From an uncultured virus (IMG/VR IMGVR_UViG_3300022925_000015) (lineage: Duplodnaviria; Heunggongvirae; Uroviricota; Caudoviricetes): DNA of 64,000 nucleotides. The notes under the pieces are model-generated. The model did not search any database. It was not told the DNA's origin and saw only the letters and a program-made list of their open reading frames with translations. Both the position numbers and the translations under genes were made by a program. Shown here one piece after another: positions 36,821 to 46,097 of this stretch. The stretch's first letter is position 1; each line of letters begins with the position of its first letter. The stretch lies in IMG/VR virus record IMGVR_UViG_3300022925_000015. One strand, 5' to 3'.

Positions 36821-37868
36821 TATTTTTTTTATTAGCAATGGAGAGTGTAATAGCAATGCTTGGACACAGTTCAAGCAAAAGTTTCCTAACGCACAAAAAA
36901 TAGATAATTGTAAAACTTTCGAACAAGTATCTCAACGAAGTTTAACAAAACACTTCTGGGTAGTATGGGATAATTTACTACTACAACAAGATTTTAATTT
37001 AGATTACCGTGTTCCTGAATGGGATGCAGATTATGTACACGTATTCCGCAATGGAAAATACTATGACGGTGTATGTATTTTTCCTAAGAAAGCACGTATT
37101 CTACAACGTGAATGGGATTATAGATTCTTTACTAACAAAAAAGAAATAGATATACAAGCAAGTAAGCCTATACAGTATGATGTTGCATTTATTTCATATC
37201 ACGAACCTAATGCAGAAGTAAATTACAACAAGTTATTAAAGAAAGCACCTAATGCTGTATGGATAAAAGACGTAACAGGCATACATCAAGCACATATAGA
37301 AGCAGCAAAACAATGTAATACTGAACTATTTTACATTGTTGACGCTGATGCAGAGATTTTAGACGAATTTAATTTTAATATGCAAATACCTTACTATGAT
37401 TTCAATGCTAGGAAAAGCGTATATGTATGGAGAGGTAGAAATCCCATTACAGATTTAGAATACGGGTATGGCGGTGTTAAGTTATTTCCGCGACAAACTA
37501 CAATTGATATGGATGTAAACAGTCCGGATATGACTACTAGCCTTTCTGACAGTTTTAAAGCAATGCAAGAAGTAAGTAACATTACAGCATTCAATACAGA
37601 CGGATTTAGTACTTGGAAAAGTGCGTTTAGAGAGTGTTGTAAATTAGCAAGTAGAACTATTAAAGGTCAAAAAGATGATGAAACAGATGAAAGACTTAGT
37701 AAATGGTGTAGTGATTATGGCAGAGACAGACCGTTTGGGGACTATGCTATTCAAGGCGCCAGAGCCGGTAGGAAATATGGTGTTAGCAATAGTGCTGAGC
37801 CTGATGCATTACGCAAGATAAACGATTTTAAATGGCTACGGGAGCAGTTTGATGCACGACAAGGATAG
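36813..37868 (+). CDS. GT-A fold glycosyltransferase-like protein, paralogue with a degenerate N-terminal duplicate domain
   Basis: 'FISYHEPNAE', 'GIHQAH', 'YIVDADA', 'YGYGGVK' and 'WKSAFRE'. The N-terminal 'YDIFFIS...HFWVVWD...VHVF' is a degenerate copy. Confidence 0.6.
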   Translation: MYDIFFISNGECNSNAWTQFKQKFPNAQKIDNCKTFEQVSQRSLTKHFWVVWDNLLLQQDFNLDYRVPEWDADYVHVFRNGKYYDGVCIFPKKARILQREWDYRFFTNKKEIDIQASKPIQYDVAFISYHEPNAEVNYNKLLKKAPNAVWIKDVTGIHQAHIEAAKQCNTELFYIVDADAEILDEFNFNMQIPYYDFNARKSVYVWRGRNPITDLEYGYGGVKLFPRQTTIDMDVNSPDMTTSLSDSFKAMQEVSNITAFNTDGFSTWKSAFRECCKLASRTIKGQKDDETDERLSKWCSDYGRDRPFGDYAIQGARAGRKYGVSNSAEPDALRKINDFKWLREQFDARQG

Positions 37869-39219
37869 AATAGAGAAATTTATTCCTATTATGGACGAAA
37901 TCTCTCCTACATTCTGTATGGCTAAGTGGCATCATACTACTATCTATTTGCAAACAGGAGAGACTCATAGTTGTTACCATCCTGCACCGCATAAGATTCC
38001 GTTAGAAGGACTTAAAGAGAATCCAAGCCAACTACATAATACTCCGCAAAAGAAACAAGAACGCCAGCAAATGATAAATGGTGAAAAGCCTAGCGGATGT
38101 CAGTATTGTTGGAACATTGAATGTATGGGTAAGGATTACATTTCAGATAGAAAAGAACGTAATGCAAGTATACACACAGAAGAAAGATTTGCTGCTATTA
38201 AAAAAGATCCTATGGCAGATGTAAATCCACAGTATGTAGAAATAAGTTTTGGTAATGAATGCAATTTTAAGTGTGGTTATTGTCATCCTAAACACAGTAG
38301 CACATATCATAAAGAAATAAGAGATCACGGACCTTACACTATGGTTAAGAACCATCGCAATGATATTGATTGGTTTAAAATTCATAAAGAAGAAGATAAT
38401 CCTTATGTAAAAGCATTTTGGGAATGGTGGCCTGAACTGCGTAAGACACTTACTATTTTACGTATCACAGGCGGCGAACCATTATTACAGCAAAGCACTT
38501 GGCGTATGTTTGAAGAACTAGAAAAGAATCCTATGCCTAATTTAGAATTAAACATTAATAGTAACTTTGGTGTTAAAAGTATATTGATAGAACGTTTTGC
38601 AGACAAAGTAAACAGCCTTATAGCAAAAGGTTGCATAAAAGATTTCAAAGTTTTCACAAGTATGGATACTTGGGGAGAACAAGCAGAATATATTCGTACA
38701 GGATTAGATTTAGAGTTATGGGAAAAGAATTTTGATATCTATATGACTAAAACAAATCACCCATTAACATTTATGGTTACATTTAATATTTTAACTGTTA
38801 CAAATTTTGATAAGTTCTTAAGAAAAGTATTAGAATGGCGTAAGAAATATAACACAGACGATCAAACAAAATGGCAACGTATTAGATTTGATACGCCTTA
38901 TTTAAAAGAACCTTTACAGTATGATATGAATATACTTCCTAAAGAAGAATTTATGCCCTATATGAAACGACACTTACAGTTTATTGCAGACCAAGTGGAC
39001 GATGCAGATAGATATAAATTTAGTATTATGGAATATGAAAAGTTTAGACGTGTAGTTGACTATATGTCTAGCACAGAATATACTGCACAAAAAATTACAG
39101 AAGGTCGCAGAGATTTTGCTGCTTGGTTTAGAGAATATGATAGAAGACGAAATGTAGACTTCAGAAAAACTTTTCCAGACCTTATAGATTTTTATGAGGA
39201 CTGTTGTGGCTTGGTATGA
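37849..39219 (+). CDS. Radical SAM enzyme with N-terminal Cys-rich SPASM/twitch-like region
   Basis: CNFKCGYC (CX3CX2C) and ITGGEPL; upstream 'FCMAKW...HSCYH...CQYC'. Confidence 0.85.
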   Translation: MMHDKDRIEKFIPIMDEISPTFCMAKWHHTTIYLQTGETHSCYHPAPHKIPLEGLKENPSQLHNTPQKKQERQQMINGEKPSGCQYCWNIECMGKDYISDRKERNASIHTEERFAAIKKDPMADVNPQYVEISFGNECNFKCGYCHPKHSSTYHKEIRDHGPYTMVKNHRNDIDWFKIHKEEDNPYVKAFWEWWPELRKTLTILRITGGEPLLQQSTWRMFEELEKNPMPNLELNINSNFGVKSILIERFADKVNSLIAKGCIKDFKVFTSMDTWGEQAEYIRTGLDLELWEKNFDIYMTKTNHPLTFMVTFNILTVTNFDKFLRKVLEWRKKYNTDDQTKWQRIRFDTPYLKEPLQYDMNILPKEEFMPYMKRHLQFIADQVDDADRYKFSIMEYEKFRRVVDYMSSTEYTAQKITEGRRDFAAWFREYDRRRNVDFRKTFPDLIDFYEDCCGLV

Positions 39220-40138
39220 TTCGGAACTAAAGGCAGATGAAGCACACGGGTTGATGCACAGCATTAACAAAGTGTTAATCCGTGACGACTGTTATAGGCC
39301 TAAGCACATTAAAGTTCCGGCACAATATGCTGAGTTATGGGCTAAAAGAAATAAAAAGAATTTACTTTTAAATATAGGCGAAAGTTGGACTTACGGAGAA
39401 GGACTACAAGATATTGCAACAGCAATAGGCCAGTTTGATTTAGGAAGTATGTTAAGACATAGTTTTGGTGCAAGACTTGCAAATATGTTGGACACAGACT
39501 TTTATCAATATGCTGTTCCGGGTAACAGTAATTTAGCAATGTCGCATACACTAAAACGTATCCTTAAAGAACTTGATACAAGTAAGTATGAAAAAATTTA
39601 TCTGTGCTTTCAAGTTACAGAACCTAGCAGAGAAATGCAACAATTAAATGAACTTGTACAATGGAATCACCCACTAAAAAATTTATATGATAAAAAATAT
39701 CTTGCTGAAAAAAAGTTAGATTTACAACAATGGTTAGAAAAATATGACTCTTATTTGTACAGTTACATTGATGACATCGTAAGCAATTACACTAACGTAA
39801 ACACTGTAGTATGGAAAAACTTCTGTTGTACTAACACAACAAGCCAATATAATTTTAAAATAATCGATGAGAGTTGGATACAGTTTAGTGCTAAAACAAA
39901 TGGATACAAAATTAATATGCCAAGTTTTTATAATGCAGGTTGGCTTGATGATTTAATGAGGGATTACAAAGAAATTAGTTTTAAACACAAGTACATTGGA
40001 AAGCAATTAAAAGTTATAGAACAGTCTAACAAATACTTAGGAAGTTGTCCAGATCATAGACCTCATCCTAGAGAAGTACAGCACAGTCTATGGGCAACAA
40101 ACATATATCACAAATCAGGATGGGCTAATGAACAATAA
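39194..40138 (+). CDS. SGNH/GDSL-fold protein (putative acyltransferase or esterase)
   Basis: Block I 'IGESWTYG', block II 'AVPGNSN' and C-terminal 'DHRPHP'. Confidence 0.6.
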   Translation: MRTVVAWYDSELKADEAHGLMHSINKVLIRDDCYRPKHIKVPAQYAELWAKRNKKNLLLNIGESWTYGEGLQDIATAIGQFDLGSMLRHSFGARLANMLDTDFYQYAVPGNSNLAMSHTLKRILKELDTSKYEKIYLCFQVTEPSREMQQLNELVQWNHPLKNLYDKKYLAEKKLDLQQWLEKYDSYLYSYIDDIVSNYTNVNTVVWKNFCCTNTTSQYNFKIIDESWIQFSAKTNGYKINMPSFYNAGWLDDLMRDYKEISFKHKYIGKQLKVIEQSNKYLGSCPDHRPHPREVQHSLWATNIYHKSGWANEQ

Positions 40139-41315
40139 AACATTTTGCATTTATCCTTGGATCCATATGTATGTCAATCCAGACGGAAGTGTTTTACCTT
40201 GTTGCGTAGGTGAGTACGATAAGCATCTTGGTAATGTAAGAGAAAATACAATTCAAGAAATATGGAATAATGACAAGTACAAAACCCTAAGACGTAATAT
40301 GCTAGAGGGTAAAAAATGTGTAGAATGTAAGGCTTGTTATCAACAAGAAGATAGTGGCAACGAAAGTACACGTATAAGCAAAAACAAAGAGTTTGCACAT
40401 TTAATGCCATTAGTGCAAAATACATTACAAGACGGAACATATCCTGAAATGACATTGCGTCATTTTGATGTAAGATGGAGTAATATTTGTAATTTTAAAT
40501 GTAGAAGTTGTTCTAGCACATATTCTAGCACGTGGGCTCAAGAAGACAGTCGTAATGGTAAACATAAAGAAATATTCATTATGGCGGATGGAGATGATAA
40601 CAGTCGATTATACGAACAGTTTCAACCTTACTTTAAAGACATAGAAAGTTTTTATTTTGCAGGCGGCGAGCCTTTAATGACAGATAAACATTATGCTATA
40701 CTAGAGCATTTGATCGAAACTAAAAATACAGATGTAAAAATAAGTTACAATACAAATATTAGTAACCTACATTACAAAAATAAAAGTGTTATTGAATTAT
40801 GGAAAAACTTTCCTAACATACAAGTATTTGCTAGTTTAGATCATTACGGAGATAGAGCAGAATACATTAGAGAAGGAACTAATTGGAGCAAAATAGAAAA
40901 GAATATTAGATTAATTAAGCAAGAAACACCGCACGTAAGACTTAATTTTAGTGCAGTGATAAGTGCATTTAATGTTTTTACAGTTACAGACTTTTTAGAT
41001 TATGTATTAGCAGAAGGATTATTTGAAACAAATGTATATCCAACATTTTATAACATTGTTCACCCAGAGTACTACAGTGCAAGTATTTTAAATGATATGC
41101 TAAAATGGAGTGTAATTAATAAAATTAAAGCAAAGGCACACAAATACAATGCACACGTACAAGGACTTTTGAGAGATGTAGTAAGACATTTAGAAAACAG
41201 TGAATATGATGAAAACTTAAAGGAACAATTTATAGTACATACAGATTACTATGATAAAATAAGAAATAGAAACTTTTTAAAAACGTTTCCTGAACTAAAG
41301 GAAATAATGGAATGA
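40128..41315 (+). CDS. Radical SAM enzyme with N-terminal SPASM/twitch-like domain
   Basis: 'CIYPW.HMYVNPDGSVLPCC...GN......EIWN...CVECKAC', then CNFKCRSC and FAGGEPL. Confidence 0.88.
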   Translation: MNNKTFCIYPWIHMYVNPDGSVLPCCVGEYDKHLGNVRENTIQEIWNNDKYKTLRRNMLEGKKCVECKACYQQEDSGNESTRISKNKEFAHLMPLVQNTLQDGTYPEMTLRHFDVRWSNICNFKCRSCSSTYSSTWAQEDSRNGKHKEIFIMADGDDNSRLYEQFQPYFKDIESFYFAGGEPLMTDKHYAILEHLIETKNTDVKISYNTNISNLHYKNKSVIELWKNFPNIQVFASLDHYGDRAEYIREGTNWSKIEKNIRLIKQETPHVRLNFSAVISAFNVFTVTDFLDYVLAEGLFETNVYPTFYNIVHPEYYSASILNDMLKWSVINKIKAKAHKYNAHVQGLLRDVVRHLENSEYDENLKEQFIVHTDYYDKIRNRNFLKTFPELKEIME

Positions 41316-42550
41316 AAATATACTTCGATAATCTAGAACTAGATAAATCTAACCTAAGCCAGTTTGAAACAAAAGATAATAACACCTGGTGGTTAACAAG
41401 TCCAGGTAGTATTTTGAAAAGAGAACTGAAGAATATGAATGTTGAATATCATAAACTTTCAGACTGGAACGAATGTGGTCTATACTTTATAGATGTAAAT
41501 GGCGATCCTAATTGGTGGTCAGGACAAAATAACGGAACAGGACCTAAGCACATATTACAAATGGTTCCTAGAGATATTTTAGAGTTAGTAAAAGCAAAGA
41601 AACTTAGACTTGTTATACTTGCAGACAAAGAAGGCGGCCCTATGAAAACTAATCATTTTGACGCTTTCAGAGCAACTACTGACATTATGCGTGAACGCAA
41701 GTATCCTAAAAACAGTGTGTTAATTTTACAAGGCAATACTAAAATCCAAGATCAATATGCACAGTGGAGAGATCAGTTTTTAGAAGATAAATGGTTTGAT
41801 GTACAATATAGCAATCACTTCGGTAAGATATTCTTTGATGACAAGATGCCTACAGTTCCTTGCTTATACAGTGCTATGCAAAATGCGGATAGCAAAGACT
41901 TTAACAGTTTGAATAGAGTATACAGACCACACAGAGGTGCGCATTTACATTATCTTGCAAAAAATAATTTATTAGAAAAAGGTATGGTAAGTTGTAATCA
42001 AGTTAAACAAAGTGATATACTAGGTTCAAGACTTGCCGGTGTAAACATTAACGAGTTTGATCAAGTTATGCAAGAGCATTATCCTTTGTACTTAGATGGT
42101 AATTGGGAAAGCACTAATGCTGCTTGGAACTACAATAAAGATTTATATCAAAACACATTACTAACAGTAATTACAGAAACTATTTTTATTGATAACACAA
42201 GTTTTGTTACAGAAAAAATATTTAAACCTATTGCTTTAGGCCATCCTTTTATACTAATTGCAGGTAGCGGCACAATAAAAGGTTTAGAAGAATTAGGATT
42301 TAAATGTGACTTCTTAGGATTCGGCACAGAATACGATAGTATTGAAGATCCTAAAACACGTTTAGAAGAAGTACACAATATACTAGAAAATTGGATAGCA
42401 CTTGATCGAGATGAAAAATTAAAAAGAATAGGTGCAAGTTTTCCTAACATAATGCACAACTGGGAACATATTCGTAAATCAAGTTTTTATCACGATGCAT
42501 TACATAGTGCAATAGCAAAAGGCAAGGAGTATTTTAATGAAGCAATTTAG
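41312..42550 (+). CDS. Putative GT-B glycosyltransferase (GT10/fucosyltransferase-like C-terminus)
   Basis: 'SLNRVYRPHR' and 'VITET...FVTEKIFKPIALGHPF' resemble the GT10 nucleotide-sugar-binding motif. Confidence 0.55.
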   Translation: MKIYFDNLELDKSNLSQFETKDNNTWWLTSPGSILKRELKNMNVEYHKLSDWNECGLYFIDVNGDPNWWSGQNNGTGPKHILQMVPRDILELVKAKKLRLVILADKEGGPMKTNHFDAFRATTDIMRERKYPKNSVLILQGNTKIQDQYAQWRDQFLEDKWFDVQYSNHFGKIFFDDKMPTVPCLYSAMQNADSKDFNSLNRVYRPHRGAHLHYLAKNNLLEKGMVSCNQVKQSDILGSRLAGVNINEFDQVMQEHYPLYLDGNWESTNAAWNYNKDLYQNTLLTVITETIFIDNTSFVTEKIFKPIALGHPFILIAGSGTIKGLEELGFKCDFLGFGTEYDSIEDPKTRLEEVHNILENWIALDRDEKLKRIGASFPNIMHNWEHIRKSSFYHDALHSAIAKGKEYFNEAI

Positions 42551-43319
42551 TAAAGAGTATAAAAGATTTTTTGCCTTTGGGTGTAGTATGACAAATTACT
42601 TTTGGCCTACGTGGGCTGATATTATAGGTATTGAGATTCCAGATTATTACAACTATGGCAAAAGTGGTGCAGGCAATATGTTTATTAGTAATAGTATTGT
42701 TGAAGCAAATAAGAAGCACAAGTTCACACAAAACGATCTTGTAGTTGTTATGTGGAGCAGTATTTCTAGAGAAGATAGATATAAAAATAGAAATTGGATC
42801 ACACCAGGAAACATTTATACACAAAATGAAATTGATACTAAGTTTGTATACGAATGGTCAGATAGCAGATTTTATTTAATACGTGATCTTGCAACCATTG
42901 AACTTACATCTAGTTACTTAGATTCATTACCTTGTGACAGCAAAATGTTAGCAATGAGTCCTTTAATAGAATTACAAATAAGCGGTACGTATACAAAACC
43001 TGCAGAAGAATGGCATACAGGAGTACTAGACTTTTATAGTGATACTGTAAACAAAATTGCTGAACCAATTGTTACAAATGTTTACAATGGCACTTGGCCA
43101 CAAACACCTATCCGTGGACACAATGGTAAAGGACAAACAGCAGATTATCATCCTACACCATTAGGACACGCAGAGTATGTTAGTAATATGTTTACAGATT
43201 TTGAGTTCACAGAACAAATGAGAAACTTTGCAGCAAGTATGGATGAAAAAGTACATATGTGCAAAACACTAGATGACACTAATAAGTTTTGGCAACAAAG
43301 GCATCAGACTAGATTATAA
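42537..43319 (+). CDS. SGNH/GDSL-fold protein
   Basis: 'AFGCSMT', 'NYGKSGAGN', 'VMWS...RED' and C-terminal 'DYHP...GH'. Confidence 0.65.
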   Translation: MKQFSKEYKRFFAFGCSMTNYFWPTWADIIGIEIPDYYNYGKSGAGNMFISNSIVEANKKHKFTQNDLVVVMWSSISREDRYKNRNWITPGNIYTQNEIDTKFVYEWSDSRFYLIRDLATIELTSSYLDSLPCDSKMLAMSPLIELQISGTYTKPAEEWHTGVLDFYSDTVNKIAEPIVTNVYNGTWPQTPIRGHNGKGQTADYHPTPLGHAEYVSNMFTDFEFTEQMRNFAASMDEKVHMCKTLDDTNKFWQQRHQTRL

Positions 43320-44476
43320 TGGCGTGTTTAAATTCAACCAACTTAATTTATTTGCAAACTTACAATCCACGTGAGCCGCAAAAAATTAAAATTAATAGCA
43401 GTGTAGGTTCTCAACTAAAAACAAACGAGAACATAGATTTTTTCTATATACAATTTTCTGATAAAGAAAGTTTTAAAATTTACAGTATTGATGCTATTGT
43501 ACCTGCAAATGATTTAGATAAAATTAAACAAGGAAATGCTTTTTTAGTTTTAGATAACGCTTTAGAGTATTTTACAGATACTGTGGATAGCATTTATAGA
43601 AACATAGTGCTTAAACATAAAGTACCAGCAGAACAAATTATATTTTTAAGTGCTGTGCCAAATATGATTGATACAGTGAAGTCTGTAGCAGAAAAATATA
43701 ATGCACCACAGATTAAGTTAGATTACTTTAATGTATTTGAAGCAACAGGTATAGATACAATACACAAGAATCAAAATATAATCGGTATCACAAAAACAAA
43801 GAAATGGCCAAAGAAGTTTTTATGTCTTAATAGAAGATGGCGATCTCACCGTCCTCTAATGATGTTAATGTTATATGAAAAAAATTTACTTGACAAAGGA
43901 CATATAAGTTTTGGCAAAAGTGATAGAGGTGATAATTGGCGTAGTTCGTTTAGAGAACTAAGGCACATTTATAAGGATAATAAATTTATAAATGACTTAA
44001 TAGAACGTAATAAAGAAATTGTAAACTTACCTGATCTTTATTTAGATACAAACGATCTTGTAACTAACAGGGCAGAATATGAATCAAGCATTTTAAAATT
44101 TTACAAAGAAACTTATTTTAGTGTAGTAAATGAAACAACTTATCACGAAGGTATTCCTTTTTTCAGTGAAAAAATTTTTAAAGTAATAGCAATTGGACAT
44201 CCGTTTGTTTTATCTACAGTACCTAATAGTTTACCTATTTTACGTAAATTAGGATACAAGACATTTAGTCCTTATATTGACGAAACATACGACAGCATAC
44301 AAGATGACGGAGAACGTATGATTGCAATAGTTAATGAAATTGAACGTCTAAGCAATTTGGACAAAGCAGAAACTTTACAGTTTATTGCTAATGTAAGGCC
44401 TATTTTGGCACACAATTATAGTGTGCTTGTAGCAAAGAAAAACAAGTGGAATATTAGTACTAGAGTTAATTATTAA
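43319..44476 (+). CDS. Putative GT-B glycosyltransferase, paralogue of 41312..42550
   Basis: 'FLCLNRRWRSHR' and 'VVNETT...FFSEKIFKVIAIGHPF...LRKLGYKTF...IDETYD'. Confidence 0.55.
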   Translation: MACLNSTNLIYLQTYNPREPQKIKINSSVGSQLKTNENIDFFYIQFSDKESFKIYSIDAIVPANDLDKIKQGNAFLVLDNALEYFTDTVDSIYRNIVLKHKVPAEQIIFLSAVPNMIDTVKSVAEKYNAPQIKLDYFNVFEATGIDTIHKNQNIIGITKTKKWPKKFLCLNRRWRSHRPLMMLMLYEKNLLDKGHISFGKSDRGDNWRSSFRELRHIYKDNKFINDLIERNKEIVNLPDLYLDTNDLVTNRAEYESSILKFYKETYFSVVNETTYHEGIPFFSEKIFKVIAIGHPFVLSTVPNSLPILRKLGYKTFSPYIDETYDSIQDDGERMIAIVNEIERLSNLDKAETLQFIANVRPILAHNYSVLVAKKNKWNISTRVNY

Positions 44477-44580
44477 GGCGCCTTAAACGCATTTTAAGCG
44501 TCATACAGCGGTGTTTATATACAAAGAGCAATAGTTACGCTATCGTGCTTTAAACCACGTTTAAATGCGCTGTAAGAAGG
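44473..44580. repeat. Palindrome plus long imperfect inverted-repeat element
   Basis: TTAAGGCGCCTTAA (44473-44486); CGCATTTTAAGCG/CGTTTAAATGCG; TACAGCG/CGCTGTA; inner ATAG/CTAT. Confidence 0.6.
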
Positions 44581-44586
44581 AGATTG

Positions 44587-44592
44587 TAAATA
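44587..44592 (+). promoter_or_regulatory. TAAATA late-promoter-like box upstream of the sugar dehydrogenase
   Basis: Spacing to the GGAGA RBS and the GTG at 44621 is similar to the other boxes. Confidence 0.45.
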
Positions 44593-44620
44593 TGAGTGTA
44601 CCAAAATTGGGAGAAGTAGA

Positions 44621-45808
44621 GTGAAGATAGGATTTATAGGTTTAGGTAAATTGGGTTTGCCTTGTGCAGAAGTAATTGCCAAAAAAGGACATAGTGTTTT
44701 AGGATACGATATTGATAAGCGTATAGACAGCGATTATGTTATTGTAGAAGATACTATTGAAGAAGCAGTAAAGGACAGAGAAATTGTTTTTATTGCAGTG
44801 CCTACACCACACGATCCAGACTATGATGGAAGAGCACCTACAGCACACTTAGAGCCAAAAGATTTTTCATATGATATTGTAAAAGAAGTTATGGCTGAAG
44901 CAAACAAGCATATGAATAAAGATCAATTGCTTGTGCTAATCAGCACAGTATTGCCTGGTACAGTGCGCAGAGAGTTTGTACAATTAGTAACTAATCCTAG
45001 ATTCGTTTACAATCCATACCTAATTGCAATGGGTACAGTTGCTTGGGATATGGTCAATCCAGAAATGGTAATGATTGGAACAGAAGATGGAACTGAAACA
45101 GGCGATGCAGCAGAACTAAAAACTTTCTATGAAATGATTATGGATAACTTTCCACGTTATGTAATTGGTACGTGGGACGAATGTGAATGCATAAAAGTTT
45201 TCTATAATACATTTATAAGCACAAAAATAGGACTTGTTAATATGATACAAGACGTTGCACAGCGTCAAGGTAATATTAATACAGATGTAGTTACTACTGC
45301 TTTAGCAGAAAGCACACAACGTATTATGGGACCTAGTTATATGAAAGCAGGTATGGGCGATGGCGGAGCGTGTCATCCAAGAGATAATATTGCGTTACGA
45401 TATATGGCTAAAAAATTAGAACTTGGTTATGATATTTTTGATAGCATTATGAATGCACGTGAAGTACAAGCAAAAAATCTTGCTGAAAAACTTTGTGAAA
45501 TAGCAAAGAAAAATGAATTGCCTATCTTGATAAATGGCATTGCATATAAACCTGGAGTACCATATATAGATGGTAGTTATGCATTGTTAGTAGCACACTA
45601 TTGTAATAAATTTGGATTCAATCCTATGAAAGTAGACCCATTAGTATATGGAGAAGATCCAGGACCTTTTAGAGCAGTTGTTCTTCTTGCTCATCCAACA
45701 ATGTATGTAAGAGTAACTGATGATTCAGTTGTGGTTGATCCTTGGAGAGAATATACTTCCAAGTTACATCAAGTTATACATTACGGTAATACTAGAGAAT
45801 TGATCTAG
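44621..45808 (+). CDS. UDP-glucose/GDP-mannose dehydrogenase family protein
   Basis: Rossmann GFIGLGKLG, 'IAVPTP', 'STVLPGT', 'K..YNTF..TKI', catalytic 'GGACHPRD' and 'AYKPG'. Confidence 0.9.
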   Translation: MKIGFIGLGKLGLPCAEVIAKKGHSVLGYDIDKRIDSDYVIVEDTIEEAVKDREIVFIAVPTPHDPDYDGRAPTAHLEPKDFSYDIVKEVMAEANKHMNKDQLLVLISTVLPGTVRREFVQLVTNPRFVYNPYLIAMGTVAWDMVNPEMVMIGTEDGTETGDAAELKTFYEMIMDNFPRYVIGTWDECECIKVFYNTFISTKIGLVNMIQDVAQRQGNINTDVVTTALAESTQRIMGPSYMKAGMGDGGACHPRDNIALRYMAKKLELGYDIFDSIMNAREVQAKNLAEKLCEIAKKNELPILINGIAYKPGVPYIDGSYALLVAHYCNKFGFNPMKVDPLVYGEDPGPFRAVVLLAHPTMYVRVTDDSVVVDPWREYTSKLHQVIHYGNTRELI

Positions 45809-46097
45809 TTCTTTTCTTAATATCTTGTTTTAACAACTCAATATTAATTTTAAAATCTAGTTTTTTGATTGTGTCTTTATACTCAGACAGAGTATCTAAT
45901 AGTTTTTTGGCAACTTCATCCGGATCAGTGTTGGCAGTTTGGGCTTTAACATCTATTTCCCATATTCTGCCATCACTGAATTCCAGAATCATTGTGTCCA
46001 CATAAGCAATGGGCATCGTATTGATATACAAGTCCTCAAATACTTCAGGCCATTCCTTTACGATATGTGATGGAGGTCTAAAATATTTCTTATGCAC
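45792..46097 (-). CDS. Hypothetical protein
   Basis: Last gene of the - strand array; overlaps the previous gene's stop and converges with the dehydrogenase. Confidence 0.55.
   Translation of the reverse strand: MHKKYFRPPSHIVKEWPEVFEDLYINTMPIAYVDTMILEFSDGRIWEIDVKAQTANTDPDEVAKKLLDTLSEYKDTIKKLDFKINIELLKQDIKKRTRSIL

Noticed and set aside
1843..42824. Many 60-116 aa ORFs on the - strand opposite the structural and glycan genes
   Set aside because: They are antisense shadows of long + strand genes, with no RBS or protein-like motifs.
44592..44624. 10-codon mini-ORF (MSVPKLGEVE) overlapping the dehydrogenase GTG, preceded by AAGGAG
   Set aside because: The ATG overlaps the TAAATA box and the dehydrogenase has its own GGAGA SD. 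It is plausible by chance and cannot be supported.
33596..45808. Bacterial LPS/capsule locus (host DNA or prophage boundary)
   Set aside because: Composition and TAAATA boxes match the phage genes, no wzx/wzy/ABC transporter is present, and phage core genes flank both sides.
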